From contig CAWCKE010000001.1 in the NCBI GenBank assembly GCA_963796115.1, forward strand, positions 37,993-101,992: 64,000 bases of DNA, written 5' to 3'. Every line of letters starts with the position of its first letter. The first letter of the stretch is position 1. Both the position numbers and the translations under genes were made by a program. Source of the stretch: an uncultured Acidimicrobiia bacterium. Lineage in GTDB: Bacteria > Actinomycetota > Acidimicrobiia > Spongiisociales > UBA11373. The notes beneath the pieces are model-generated. The model was not told the DNA's origin, did not search any database, and was given only the letters and a program-made list of their open reading frames with translations. Below, one piece after another: positions 53,081-62,614 of the stretch.

Positions 53081-55006
53081 TCAAGGTTCGGTGGGGGCGG
53101 CGCGGAACTGGGTCTCGTAGAGCCGGGCGTAGAGGCCCTCTCGGGCCAGCAAGGACGGGTGGGTCCCCTCCTCGACGATGCGCCCGGCATCGAGCACCAG
53201 GATGCGGTCGGCGGCGAGCACGGTCGAGAGGCGGTGGGCGATCACGAAGGAGGTGCGCCCGGCCATCACCCGCTCCAGTGCCTCCTGGATGAGTGCCTCC
53301 GAACGGGCGTCGAGGTGGGCGGTGGCCTCATCGAGGATCAGGATGCGCGGGTCCTTGAGCACCACCCGCGCGATGGCCACCCGCTGCTTCTCGCCCCCGG
53401 ACAGCCGGTAACCGCGCTCCCCCACCACCGTCTCGTAGGCGCGGGGCAGGGCTGCGATGAAGTCGTGGACGTTGGCCACCCGGCAGGCCTCCTCCACCTC
53501 GGCGTTGGTGGCGTCGGGGCGGCCGTAGCGCAGGTTGGCGGCGATGGTGTCGTGGAAGAGGTAGGTCTCCTGAGTCACCACCCCGATGCCGCGGGCGAGG
53601 CTGTCCAGGGTGACCGAGCGCACATCGCGCCCGTCGATCAGCACCCGGCCCTCGGTGGCGTCGTAGAGGCGGGGGATGAGCCAGGTGACCGTGGTCTTGC
53701 CGGCCCCGCTCGGCCCCACCAGCGCGACCAGCTCGCCCGGGGCCACGTCGAAGCACACGTCGGTGAGGGCCTGCGCGGCGGGGGCGGCGCCGACCGCCAC
53801 CTCCGCTTCGCCCACGGCCGTCGGCGTGTGCCAGGAGAAGCGGCGCACGTTGGCCAGGCCCTCGCCCGCCGCCTTTCGGTAGTCGAAGCCGACCTGCTCG
53901 AAGGTGACCCGGCCCGCCATGGGATCCAGCGAGACCGCGCCGGGGGCGTCGGTGATGTCGCGGGGCAAGTCGAGCACCTCGAACACCCGCTCGAAGGAGA
54001 CCAACGAGGTCGCCAGATCCACCCGGGCGTTGGTCAGCGCGGTGAGCGGCCCGTACAGGCTCGCCAGGTAGGCGGAGAGGGCGACCACGGTGCCCACCGT
54101 CAGCGAGCCGTTGATGACCAGCACCGCCCCCAGCCAGAAGACCAGTGCGGTCCCCAGGGCGCTCACCACGCTCAGCGCCATGAAGAACCACCGGCCTACC
54201 AGGGCCCGGCGCACCCCGAGGTCGCGCACCCGGGCCGCCTCGCCCGAGTACCGGCGGTCCTCGTCGGCGGTGCGGCCGAAGAGCTTCACCAGCAGGGCCC
54301 CGCTCAGGTTGAGGGTCTCGTTGAGTATGGAGTTCATGCGGGCGTTGGACTCCATCTGCCCCCGCGTCACCCGGCGGAGCACCCGCCCCACCCGGCGCGA
54401 AGGGAGGATGAGCAGGGGGAGGATGGCCAGCGCGGCCAGCGTGAGCCGCCACTCCATCTGGAGCATCACCACCAGGGTGGCCCCCGCACTGAACACGTTG
54501 GAGACCACCGAGATGGCCGTTCCCGTGATCGCCTGCTGCGCCCCGACCACGTCGTTGTTGAGCCGGGACATCAGCTCGCCCGGCCGGGCGCCGGTGAAGA
54601 AGGCCAGCGACATGCGCTGCAGGTGCCCGAACAGCGAGGTGCGGAGGTCGAAGATGATGCCTTCCCCCGCCCGGGCCGACGCCCAGCGCTGGGCCACCCC
54701 GATCACCCCGTTGACCAAGGGCACGGCCACCATTCCCAGCCCCAGCAGGGTGACCCGCCCGAGGTTCCCGTCGGGGATGGCCCGGTCGATGAGGTCGCGC
54801 ATCAGCAGCGGCGGGGCCAGGCCGATCACCGAGGACACCACGATGGTCACCAGCACCAGCCCCAGCAGCCCGCGGTAGGGGCGGGCATAGCCGACCACCC
54901 GGCGCAGCAGGCGCCGGTCGAGGTTGGGGCGATCCTGCTCCTCGTCGTACTGCAGGTACGACCGCCAGCCGCCGCCCGGGCCGCCGCCGGGCCCACCGCC
55001 GTGCAA
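53081..55006 (-). CDS. ABC transporter, fused permease/ATPase (type I exporter, MsbA/MdlB-like)
   Basis: The 641-aa ORF is intact. It has six TM segments, then Walker A GPSGAGKTT, signature LSGGEKQR and Walker B ILILDEATAHLD. Confidence 0.9.
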   Translation of the reverse strand: MHGGGPGGGPGGGWRSYLQYDEEQDRPNLDRRLLRRVVGYARPYRGLLGLVLVTIVVSSVIGLAPPLLMRDLIDRAIPDGNLGRVTLLGLGMVAVPLVNGVIGVAQRWASARAGEGIIFDLRTSLFGHLQRMSLAFFTGARPGELMSRLNNDVVGAQQAITGTAISVVSNVFSAGATLVVMLQMEWRLTLAALAILPLLILPSRRVGRVLRRVTRGQMESNARMNSILNETLNLSGALLVKLFGRTADEDRRYSGEAARVRDLGVRRALVGRWFFMALSVVSALGTALVFWLGAVLVINGSLTVGTVVALSAYLASLYGPLTALTNARVDLATSLVSFERVFEVLDLPRDITDAPGAVSLDPMAGRVTFEQVGFDYRKAAGEGLANVRRFSWHTPTAVGEAEVAVGAAPAAQALTDVCFDVAPGELVALVGPSGAGKTTVTWLIPRLYDATEGRVLIDGRDVRSVTLDSLARGIGVVTQETYLFHDTIAANLRYGRPDATNAEVEEACRVANVHDFIAALPRAYETVVGERGYRLSGGEKQRVAIARVVLKDPRILILDEATAHLDARSEALIQEALERVMAGRTSFVIAHRLSTVLAADRILVLDAGRIVEEGTHPSLLAREGLYARLYETQFRAAPTEP

Positions 55007-55077
55007 GGTCTATGCCCTCCGGATCGCCACCAGGGTAACCCCCGGCCCGGCCATTTCCCCCGGGCGCGGCCCGGCGA

Positions 55078-55770
55078 TCACAGGGAGAGCACCGCCAGCG
55101 AGATCATGGAGTCGGCCATGGCGAAGCACGACTCCTCGCTGATCCCGGTCCGGCAGAACAGCTGGTAGACGTAGTCGCCGAACGACCAGGCCAGCTCCCG
55201 GCCGTCGGCTGCCTGGAAGGTGGATATGTCGCTCGGGCCCTCGCCGGGGAGGGCCGAGCGCAGCCCCACCCTCAGTACCACGAGCTGGCCCTCGGTGCGC
55301 GGCACGGTGTAGGGGGAGGCGGTCCACAACCCGAACGCGGCCGCGGTCGCCACGTCGAGCGTCCCGGTCTGCACGTCGAAGACCAGCTGGCTGGAGACGT
55401 GGGTGACCTTCTCGGGGACCAGACGGGGGAACTCCACGCCGGGGAGGGCGGCGGCGATCTCCTGGCGCCCGGCCTGGATGTAGGGATCGATCCCGTCGCC
55501 GCGCTCCCACACCTGCTGCACCGCGGCCTCCGCCGAAAGGTTGGGACCAGCCGTGTACTGGTCGTTCACCCATGTCACCGACCGGGAGAGCCCGACCAGC
55601 GCCATGCCCCCGCCCGGCTGGGGAAGGGTGGTGGTGCCGAAGGTGGTGGTGGTGTCGCCGTGGACGAAGTCCCGGGACAGGTCGCCCACCCCCTCCAGGA
55701 CGTCGCCGCAACCTGCCGCGCTCAGCGCGACCAGGGCAGCCAGGAGGAGGGGCCAGCGTCGTGGGTTCAT
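55078..55770 (-). CDS. Lipoprotein, function unknown
   Basis: MNPRRWPLLLAALVALSAAGCGD is a signal peptide with a lipobox (LSAAGC). I recognised no family. Confidence 0.6.
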   Translation of the reverse strand: MNPRRWPLLLAALVALSAAGCGDVLEGVGDLSRDFVHGDTTTTFGTTTLPQPGGGMALVGLSRSVTWVNDQYTAGPNLSAEAAVQQVWERGDGIDPYIQAGRQEIAAALPGVEFPRLVPEKVTHVSSQLVFDVQTGTLDVATAAAFGLWTASPYTVPRTEGQLVVLRVGLRSALPGEGPSDISTFQAADGRELAWSFGDYVYQLFCRTGISEESCFAMADSMISLAVLSL

Positions 55771-55949
55771 ATGGGGGCCAGAGCCTCACCGGGATTATGG
55801 TCGCCGGGAGCAGGAAGCAGGGCCACCGGCCGGAGCGCCGCGCAGCAAGACCCGCCCGGGCGTATGCTGGCTCTATCACACGTCGAGATCGCCGAGCCGC
55901 CCGGGGGAGACCCGAACTCGCACCGGCGGCTCCTGGACAGGAGGGTTCC

Positions 55950-58900
55950 ATGCGGCGTGCTCTGCTTCTGATGGTGGTAGCGCTGCTGTCGTGGCCGGCG
56001 CCCCGGCCGGTGCCTCGGCTGCAGACGGGCCATCCCCACGCGTCGCCCCGGTGGTCAACGCCGGGGCCGATGCCGCGGTCAACGAGGGCTCCCTGTGGAC
56101 ACAGGGGGGGTCCTTCACCGACGACGACCCTGACACCTGGACGGCCACCGTCGATTGGAACTACCCGTCCTCTACGGAGGGGTTGGCCCTGGTCGGCAAG
56201 ACGTTCACCCTATCGCACACCTGGGCCGACGAGGGCGACGGCAGCTTCGACGTCAGAGTGTGCGTCAATGACGGCACCACAGAGGTTTGCGACACGGTGC
56301 TGGTCACGGTGTCCAACGTCGCGCCCGTCGTCGACGCGGGAGCGGACATAGTGCTGGGCCCGACGGGGGTGCTCTCCCGGGCCGGGTCCTTCACCGACCC
56401 GGGCACCGACACCTGGGGCGCCACGGTCAACTGGGGAGAAGGCGGCGGGGCAGGGCCTCTCACCCTGGTCGCGAAGACGTTCACCCTCTCTCACACGTAC
56501 GCCGCGTACGGCACCTACACCGTCACCGTCACGGTCAACGACGCACCCGACACCGGCATCGGGATCGACACGTTCCAGGCCACATTCGGGCCCCAGTGCT
56601 ACGGCATGAGCCCGACGATCCTGGGCACCGCCGGCGCCGACGCCCTGATCGGCACCGCCGGGGACGACGTGATCGCCGGCCTCGGAGGCAACGACACCAT
56701 CGACGGCCTCGAGGGCAACGACCGCATCTGCGGCGGGGACGGCGACGACATCCTGACCGGAGGCTTGGGGAACGACCAGATCGACGGCGGCCTGGGCGCC
56801 GACTGGGCCTACTACGTGGGCGCACCTTCCGCGGTCGTGGTCAGCCTGGCCGCCGGGACCGCCACCGGGGGCCACGGCTCCGACACCCTCACCGGCCTCG
56901 AGAACGTCACGGGATCCGCTTACGGCGACACCTTGACCGGCAATGCCGCCGTCAACTTCCTGTTGGGCGAGGCGGGCGACGACACCCTGAGCGGCGGCGC
57001 CGGCAATGACCAGATCATCGGCGGGACCGGCAGCGACTGGATCAGCTACCTGAACGCGCCGGCCGCGGTGACGGTCAACCTGGCCACCTTTGCCACCAGC
57101 GGCGGCGACGGAGTGGACAGCATCGGCGAGTTGGAGAACGTGCGGGGATCCGCCTTCGGCGACACCCTGACGGGCGACGGCGCCGTGAACGTCCTGATGG
57201 GCGAGGGCGGCGACGACATCCTCACCGGGGCATTGGGCAACGACCTCATCGACGGCGGCACGGGCAGCGACTGGGCAGCCTACGACGCCGCTCCGTCCCC
57301 GGTGGCAGTCGACCTCAACGCAGGCATGTCCACCGGCGGTGACGGGAACGACGTCTACCTGAGCATCGAGAACGCTCGCGGCTCGGCGTTCAACGACACC
57401 CTCACCGGCAGCGCCAGCGACAACCGGCTGACGGGAAACGCCGGCGACGACATCCTCACCGGCGGTGCCGGCTTCGACACCCTGGACGGAGGCCTCGGCA
57501 ACGACTGGGCCATCTACGAAACGGCCCCGTCGGCAGTGGTGGTCAACCTGACCACCCGGAGCGCCGGAGGCGGGCACGGCACGGACGTGGTCAACGGGAT
57601 CGAGAACGTCAAGGGATCGGCCTACGGAGACATCATCGTGGGCGATACCGCGGCCAACAACCTCATGGGATTCAACGGTGACGACCACATCACGGGAGGG
57701 GCGGGCAACGACACCCTCGACGGCGGGAGCGGGAACGACTGGGCCATGTACGAGGCCGCCCCGGCGGCAGTCGTGGTCAACCTGGCCACTTCCACCGCCA
57801 CCGGGGGCCATGGCACCGACACGGTGTGGTCCTTCGAGAACGCCGCGGGATCTGCCTACGGGGACACGATCACCGGCACCACAGGCGCCAACACCCTCCT
57901 CGGCAACGGCGGCAACGACCTCATCAGCGGCGGAAGCGGTGACGACGTCATCAAGGGCGGCGCCGGGAACGACGCCCTCGACGGTGGGGCGGGCGTCGAC
58001 TGGGCCTCCTATACCGGGGCACCGGCTGCCGTCGTGGTCGACCTGTCGGCCGGCACCGCCGGCGGGGGCCACGGGTCCGACACCCTCGTCGGGTTCGAGA
58101 ACGTGCGCGGATCGGCCCGCGCCGACACGCTGATCGGTGATGGCCTGGTGAACACCCTCCAGGGCATGCGAGGCACCGACCGGATCACCGGAGGCGGCGG
58201 CAACGACTACCTGGATGGGGGACGGGGCCGCGACTGGGCCCTCTATACGGCAGCGCCCTACGCGGTGGTGGTGAACCTTTCCCTGTCCACCGCTACCGGC
58301 GGCCACGGCTCGGACACGCTCGTGTCCATCGAGAACGCCGAAGGATCGGGCTTCGCCGACACGCTCATCGGCAGCACCGCGGTGAACCGCCTCAAGGGCG
58401 GGAGCGGGGACGACCGCATCACCGGCGGCTGGGCACGGGACATCATCGACGGCGGGCCGGGCACCGACTGGGCCGTGTACGAAGGAGGCGTGGGGCCGGT
58501 GGTGGTCAACCTGACCCTGGGCACAGCCAGCGGCGCCCACGGCGCAGACCGGATCACCGGCGTGGAAAACGTCACCGGGTCGCCGTACAACGACACTCTC
58601 ATCGGTGACGCGGCCAACAACACGCTCTACGGCCAAGGCGGGAACGACCACATCACCGGCGCCGGCGGGAACGACTTGATCGACGGCGGCCCGGGCACCG
58701 ACTGGGCTGTGTACCAGGGAGCACCCGGGGCGGTGGTCGTCGACCTGGCGGCCGGCACCGCCGCCGGCGGCCACGGCGCCGACACCCTCATCGGGATCGA
58801 GAACGCCATCGGGTCCGCCCACGCCGACACCCTTGCCGGCGACGCGCTGGCCAACGTGCTCTTCGGCAGGCAAGGCGACGACGACCTCCTCGGCCGGGGA

Positions 58901-58999
58901 GGCAACGACCGGCTCGGCGGCGGGCTCGGCGCCGATCACGCGGACGGAGGAAGCGGCGCGGACACCTGCTCCGCGGAGGTGACGGTCGCCTGCGAGTGA
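55950..58999 (+). CDS. Large secreted protein: Sec signal peptide, 2 PKD-like domains, 9 RTX-type calcium-binding modules; one 1-nt deletion near 55990
   Basis: AGGAGGG precedes the ATG at 55950, giving MRRALLLMVVALLS. The adjacent frame continues VVAGAPAGASA/ADG (AxA cleavage site). Two about 93-aa PKD-like repeats follow (APVVNAGADA...FTLSHTWADEGDGSFDVRVCVNDG; APVVDAGADI...FTLSHTYAAYGTYTVTVTVNDA). Then come GGxGxDxL nonapeptides embedded in 78-aa modules. Length is 3050 nt (3n+2). Confidence 0.85.
56043..56590 (+). repeat. Two tandem PKD-like domain repeats (coding)
   Basis: Units start at about 56043 and about 56321. They share the pattern APVV(N/D)AGAD...GSFTD..(P)DTW.ATV.W......L.LV.KTFTLSHT(W/Y)A..G...V.V.VND. 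Confidence 0.7.
56780..58900 (+). repeat. Nine tandem 234-bp (78-aa) RTX-containing modules (coding)
   Basis: The GACTGG (D-W) landmark recurs at 56801, 57035, 57269, 57503, 57737, 57998, 58232, 58466 and 58700. Spacing is 234 bp eight... specifically 234 bp for seven intervals and 261 bp for one (one extra nonapeptide). Module consensus: GG.G.DW..Y..AP.AVVV.L..G.A.GGHG.DTL.GIENV.GS...DTL.G....N.L.G..G.D.L.GG.GND.ID. Confidence 0.9.
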
Positions 59000-59065
59000 G
59001 CAGGCGGAACGACGGCGGGGCCGGCCGGTGGCCGCGCGCGGGCGCGGCCCCGGTACCCTGCCGCC

Positions 59066-59821
59066 GTGGCCGGGCGCGTGATCCATCTCCTCCGGCAGGG
59101 CTTCCCCGAGCGCCCTGACTTCGACGGGGCGGTTTCGCGTGCTCTGCTCGAGGCCGCGGCGGCCGGGGAGGTCCCTGAATCCTTCCGCCTCTTCGTGCCC
59201 GGGCGGGTCCTCGCCTTCGGCGTCCGCGACACCGCCCGGCCGGCTTACCCGGCAGCGGTGGCCGCCGCCCGGCAGGAGGGATTCTCCCCGGTGGAGCGCC
59301 TGGCCGGCGGCCGGGCGGCCGTGTTCCACGAGCACACCCTGGCGTTCGCCTGGGCCATCCCCGACCCGGAGCCGCGCCGGTCCATCCGGGCGCGCTTCGA
59401 GGAACTGGCCGGTGTCGTCGTCGAGGCCCTCGCCGGCCTCGGGGTGGACGCCCGGATCGGCGAGGTCCCCGGCGAGTACTGCCCCGGCGAGCACAGCGTC
59501 AACGCCGGCGGGCGGCGCAAGCTGATGGGCGTGGGACAGCGCCTGGTGGCCGGGGCGGCGCACGTCGGGGGAGTCGTGGTCGTGGACCGCGCCGACCTGG
59601 TCAACCGCGTGCTCCTGCCCGTCTACCGCTGGCTCGACTACCAATGGGATCCCGCCGCCACCGGCAGCGTCGCCGCCGAGGTCCCGGCCACGGTGGACAC
59701 CGTCGCCGAGGCCCTGGTGGCTGCCCTGGCCGCCCGCCACGACGTGGTGGCCGGCTCCCTGCCCCCCGCCGTCCTCGACCGCGCCGCCGCCATCGCCGCC
59801 GCCCGGCCCGCCCCGGGATAG
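59066..59821 (+). CDS. Biotin/lipoate A/B protein-ligase-family protein (LplA-like catalytic domain only)
   Basis: The start is a GTG. The sequence reads FRLFVPGRVLAFGVRD...VERLAGGRAAVFHEHTLAFAW...GEYCPGEHSVNAGGRRKLMGVGQRLV (lysine-containing KxxG motif). Confidence 0.65.
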   Translation: MAGRVIHLLRQGFPERPDFDGAVSRALLEAAAAGEVPESFRLFVPGRVLAFGVRDTARPAYPAAVAAARQEGFSPVERLAGGRAAVFHEHTLAFAWAIPDPEPRRSIRARFEELAGVVVEALAGLGVDARIGEVPGEYCPGEHSVNAGGRRKLMGVGQRLVAGAAHVGGVVVVDRADLVNRVLLPVYRWLDYQWDPAATGSVAAEVPATVDTVAEALVAALAARHDVVAGSLPPAVLDRAAAIAAARPAPG

Positions 59822-59830
59822 CCTGGGGCC

Positions 59831-60286
59831 ATGCGAGTCCTGGTGATCAACGGCCCCAACCTCAACCTCCTCGGCGTGCGCCGTCCCGAGGTCTACGGCA
59901 CCACCACCCTCGCCGAGTTGGAGGAGCGCTGCCGGGCCTGGGGAGCGGGCCTGGGCCTCGAGGTGGACACCTTCCAGTCGAACCACGAGGGGGAGATCAT
60001 CGACCGCCTCCACGACGCCCTCGGCTCGGCCGACGGGGTGGTGCTCAACCCCGGGGCGCTCACCCACTACTCGTACGCGCTGCACGACGCCATCGAGGCC
60101 GTCGCCCTGCCGGTGGTGGAGGTGCACCTCTCCGACATCTCCCAGCGGGAGGAATGGCGGGCCCGCTCGGTGGTGTCGCCGGCCTGTGCCGCCAGCATTC
60201 GCGGCCACGGTGTCGAGGGCTACCGCGAGGCCCTCGAACTGCTGGCCGCCCGCGGGAAGGCGCCGCCCGAGGGCGAGAGCAGGTAG
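59831..60286 (+). CDS. aroQ: Type II 3-dehydroquinate dehydratase
   Basis: The sequence reads MRVLVINGPNLNLLGVRRPEVYGTTTL...FQSNHEGEIIDRLH...GVVLNPGALTHYSYALHDAI...PVVEVHLSDISQREEWR. Confidence 0.95.
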   Translation: MRVLVINGPNLNLLGVRRPEVYGTTTLAELEERCRAWGAGLGLEVDTFQSNHEGEIIDRLHDALGSADGVVLNPGALTHYSYALHDAIEAVALPVVEVHLSDISQREEWRARSVVSPACAASIRGHGVEGYREALELLAARGKAPPEGESR

Positions 60287-60290
60287 GGGC

Positions 60291-61409
60291 ATGGACTTCC
60301 CCCGCCTGCCCGACGACCTGCGCCCCGCCGACGGCCGTTTCGGCTCCGGGCCCTCCAAGGTGCGCCCCGAGGCCCTGGCGGCTCTCGCCGCCACCGGCTC
60401 CACCTACCTGGGCACGAGCCATCGGGCGGCAGGGGTACGCGCCGTGGTGGGACGGGTGCGCCGCGGCCTGGCCGAGCTCTTCTCGCTGCCCGAGGGCTAC
60501 CAGGTGGTGCTGGGCAACGGCGGGGCGTCGGCCTTCTGGGATGCGGCCGCCTTCTGCCTCATCGAGCGGCGCAGCGCCCACGCCGTCTTCGGCGAGTTCT
60601 CCGGTCGCTTCGCCGCCGTCGCCGCCGGCGCCCCGCACCTGGCGGACCCGGTGGTGGTGAGCTCGCCGCCGGGCACCCACCCCGACCTCTACCCCGACCC
60701 CTCGGTGGACCTCTACGCCCTGACCCAGAACGAGACCTCTACCGGGGTGATGGCTCCGATCGCCCGCCCGGCCACCGAAGGTCTGGTGGCGGTGGACGCC
60801 ACCTCGGCCGCCGGGGCCCTGCCGGTGGACCCCGCCTGTTTCGACGCCTACTACTTCTCACCGCAGAAGGTCTTCGGGTCCGAAGGAGGCCTGTGGGCCG
60901 CCCTCCTCTCGCCCGCCGCCCTGGGGCGGGCGCGGTCGCTGGCCACACGCTGGGTGCCGCCCTTCCTCGACTTGCGGCTCGCCGCCGAAGCCGCCGCCGC
61001 CGACCAGACCTACAACACCCCCGCCCTGGCCACCCTCTTCCTCTTCGCCGACCAGGTGGAGTGGATCCTCGGCCAAGGCGGCCTCGAGTGGGCCGGCCGC
61101 CGCCAGGAGCAGGCCGCCGGCGTCGTCTACGGGTGGGCGGAGCGCAGCGACTACGCCACCCCCTTCGTCACCGACCCCGCCAAGCGCAGCCGCACGGTGG
61201 CGACCATCGACCTCGACTCCGGCCTGGAGGCTGCTGTGCTCAACCGGGCCCTGGCCGCCAACGGCATCGTGGACACCGCCGCCTACCGCAGGCTGGGGCG
61301 GAACCAGATCCGCATCGGCATGTTCCCCAACGTCACGACGGGTGACCTGGAGCGGCTCACCGCCTCGATCGACTGGCTGGCCGCCCGCCTCCCGAGGAGG
61401 TCCCCATGA
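60291..61409 (+). CDS. serC: Phosphoserine aminotransferase (actinobacterial type)
   Basis: The sequence reads MDFPRLPDDLRPADGRFGSGPSKVRPEAL...VVLGNGGASAFWDAA...LTQNETSTGVM...VAVDATSAAGALPVD...YYFSPQKVFGSEGGLW (PLP-lysine in SPQK) ...NQIRIGMFP. Confidence 0.85.
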   Translation: MDFPRLPDDLRPADGRFGSGPSKVRPEALAALAATGSTYLGTSHRAAGVRAVVGRVRRGLAELFSLPEGYQVVLGNGGASAFWDAAAFCLIERRSAHAVFGEFSGRFAAVAAGAPHLADPVVVSSPPGTHPDLYPDPSVDLYALTQNETSTGVMAPIARPATEGLVAVDATSAAGALPVDPACFDAYYFSPQKVFGSEGGLWAALLSPAALGRARSLATRWVPPFLDLRLAAEAAAADQTYNTPALATLFLFADQVEWILGQGGLEWAGRRQEQAAGVVYGWAERSDYATPFVTDPAKRSRTVATIDLDSGLEAAVLNRALAANGIVDTAAYRRLGRNQIRIGMFPNVTTGDLERLTASIDWLAARLPRRSP

Positions 61410-62104
61410 CCCTGGCCTACGCCCTCGCCGGCGTCACCGCCCTGCTGCTGGTGGTCCTGCTCGTCGGGGAGCGCGGCGCCGCCCCCTGGCGGGGATGGGT
61501 GAAGGGGGCCGCCTCGGCCGCCTTCATCGGGACGGCCCTCGCCGCCGGGGCCGCCGACTCGGCGTACGGGGGCTGGGTACTGGCCGCCCTCTGCCTGGGA
61601 TGGGTGGGAGACGTGTCGCTGGTGTCGGGGCGCCGCGCCTGGTTCCTCATCGGCCTGGCGGCCTTCCTCCTCTCCCACCTCGCCTACATCGGGGCGTTCG
61701 CCGCCGTCCGGCCGAACACGGTGGTGGCGCTCATCGTGGCGGCCGGGCTGCTGGTGCCCGCCGCCCTCGTGGCCCGGTGGCTGTGGCCCCACCTGGGTGC
61801 CGACATGCGCGGACCGGTGCTCGCCTACATCGCGGTGATCACCGCCATGGTGGCCGCCGCGGCCGGGGCCGTCGCCGGCGAGGGCCCGGCCACCCCCGCC
61901 ATGGCCGTCCTCACCCAGGGCGAACCGCTGCCGGGGTGGGTCTGGGACGCGGCCGTCATGAGTGCGGCTGCGGCCTTCTACCTGTCCGACCTGTCGGTGG
62001 CCCGGGACCGCTTCGTCGCCCCCGGGTTCGTCAACCGCATCTGGGGGCTGCCCCTCTACTACGGCGCCCAGGTGTTCTTCGCTCTGTCGGTGGGCTGGCT
62101 TTGA
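61406..62104 (+). CDS. YhhN-family membrane protein (lysoplasmalogenase-like)
   Basis: The ATG overlaps the serC stop (ATGA). The 232-aa protein has about 7 TM helices and the motifs GWVGDVSL and FLLSHLAYI, typical of YhhN. Confidence 0.7.
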   Translation: MTLAYALAGVTALLLVVLLVGERGAAPWRGWVKGAASAAFIGTALAAGAADSAYGGWVLAALCLGWVGDVSLVSGRRAWFLIGLAAFLLSHLAYIGAFAAVRPNTVVALIVAAGLLVPAALVARWLWPHLGADMRGPVLAYIAVITAMVAAAAGAVAGEGPATPAMAVLTQGEPLPGWVWDAAVMSAAAAFYLSDLSVARDRFVAPGFVNRIWGLPLYYGAQVFFALSVGWL

Positions 62105-62604
62105 GCGAGCTGATCCTGCTCCGGCACGGCAAGTCCGACTGGGGTGCCGGCACCGACGACGCCGGGCGGCCGCTCAACCGGCGCGGGCAGGAATCGGCGC
62201 GGGCGATGGGCCGGATGATCACCCTGATCGGCCGGGTGCCGGACCTCGTGCTCTCCTCGCCGGCCCGGCGCGCCCGCTCCACCGCGGACCTGGCCGCCGA
62301 GTCCGGGAGCTGGCCCTCGCCGATCGTCGAGGACGAGCGCCTCTGCCCGGGCTCGACCCGGGAGGTGATCGAGGCGGTGAGCGAGCGGGCGGGAGACACG
62401 CACCGCGTCCTGGTGGTGGGCCACGAGCCCGCCCTGTCGCAGACTGCCGCCCTGCTCCTCGGCGGGGCCTCGCTGCGCATGGTCACCGGCGCCGCCGCCT
62501 GCATGGAGGTCGACGGGTGGGAGATGCTGGGGCCGGGCGCCGGCAGCCTGCTCTGGATGGTCACCCCGCGGCTGTTCACCCACGGGCGGTTCCCCCTGCC
62601 ATGA
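62101..62604 (+). CDS. Histidine-phosphatase-superfamily protein (SixA-like)
   Basis: The TTG at 62101 overlaps the upstream stop. SELILLRHGKSDW is the RHG catalytic motif. ...LVLSSPARRARSTA...VLVVGHEPALS is the second His motif. Confidence 0.75.
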   Translation: MSELILLRHGKSDWGAGTDDAGRPLNRRGQESARAMGRMITLIGRVPDLVLSSPARRARSTADLAAESGSWPSPIVEDERLCPGSTREVIEAVSERAGDTHRVLVVGHEPALSQTAALLLGGASLRMVTGAAACMEVDGWEMLGPGAGSLLWMVTPRLFTHGRFPLP

Positions 62605-62614
62605 GGGTCGGACC

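Noticed and set aside
56780-58900. Regularly spaced repeats that might be mistaken for a CRISPR array.
   Set aside because: The 234-bp period is entirely coding (78-aa protein modules in one frame). There are no short conserved repeats separated by unique spacers, and no cas genes.
53081-58999. The ABC exporter adjacent to the RTX protein as a type I secretion system.
   Set aside because: No membrane-fusion protein or TolC-like gene is present. The exporter lacks an N-terminal C39/CLD domain. The RTX protein has an N-terminal Sec signal rather than relying on a C-terminal T1SS signal, and the two genes are divergent.
56210-60403. A 1397-aa minus-strand ORF, the longest in the ORF track.
   Set aside because: It runs antisense to the RTX gene, the LplA-like gene, aroQ and the serC start, all of which have recognisable motifs. 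Its translation is low-complexity G/R/A/P/V-rich with no motifs. Long stop-free antisense frames are expected at this GC content.
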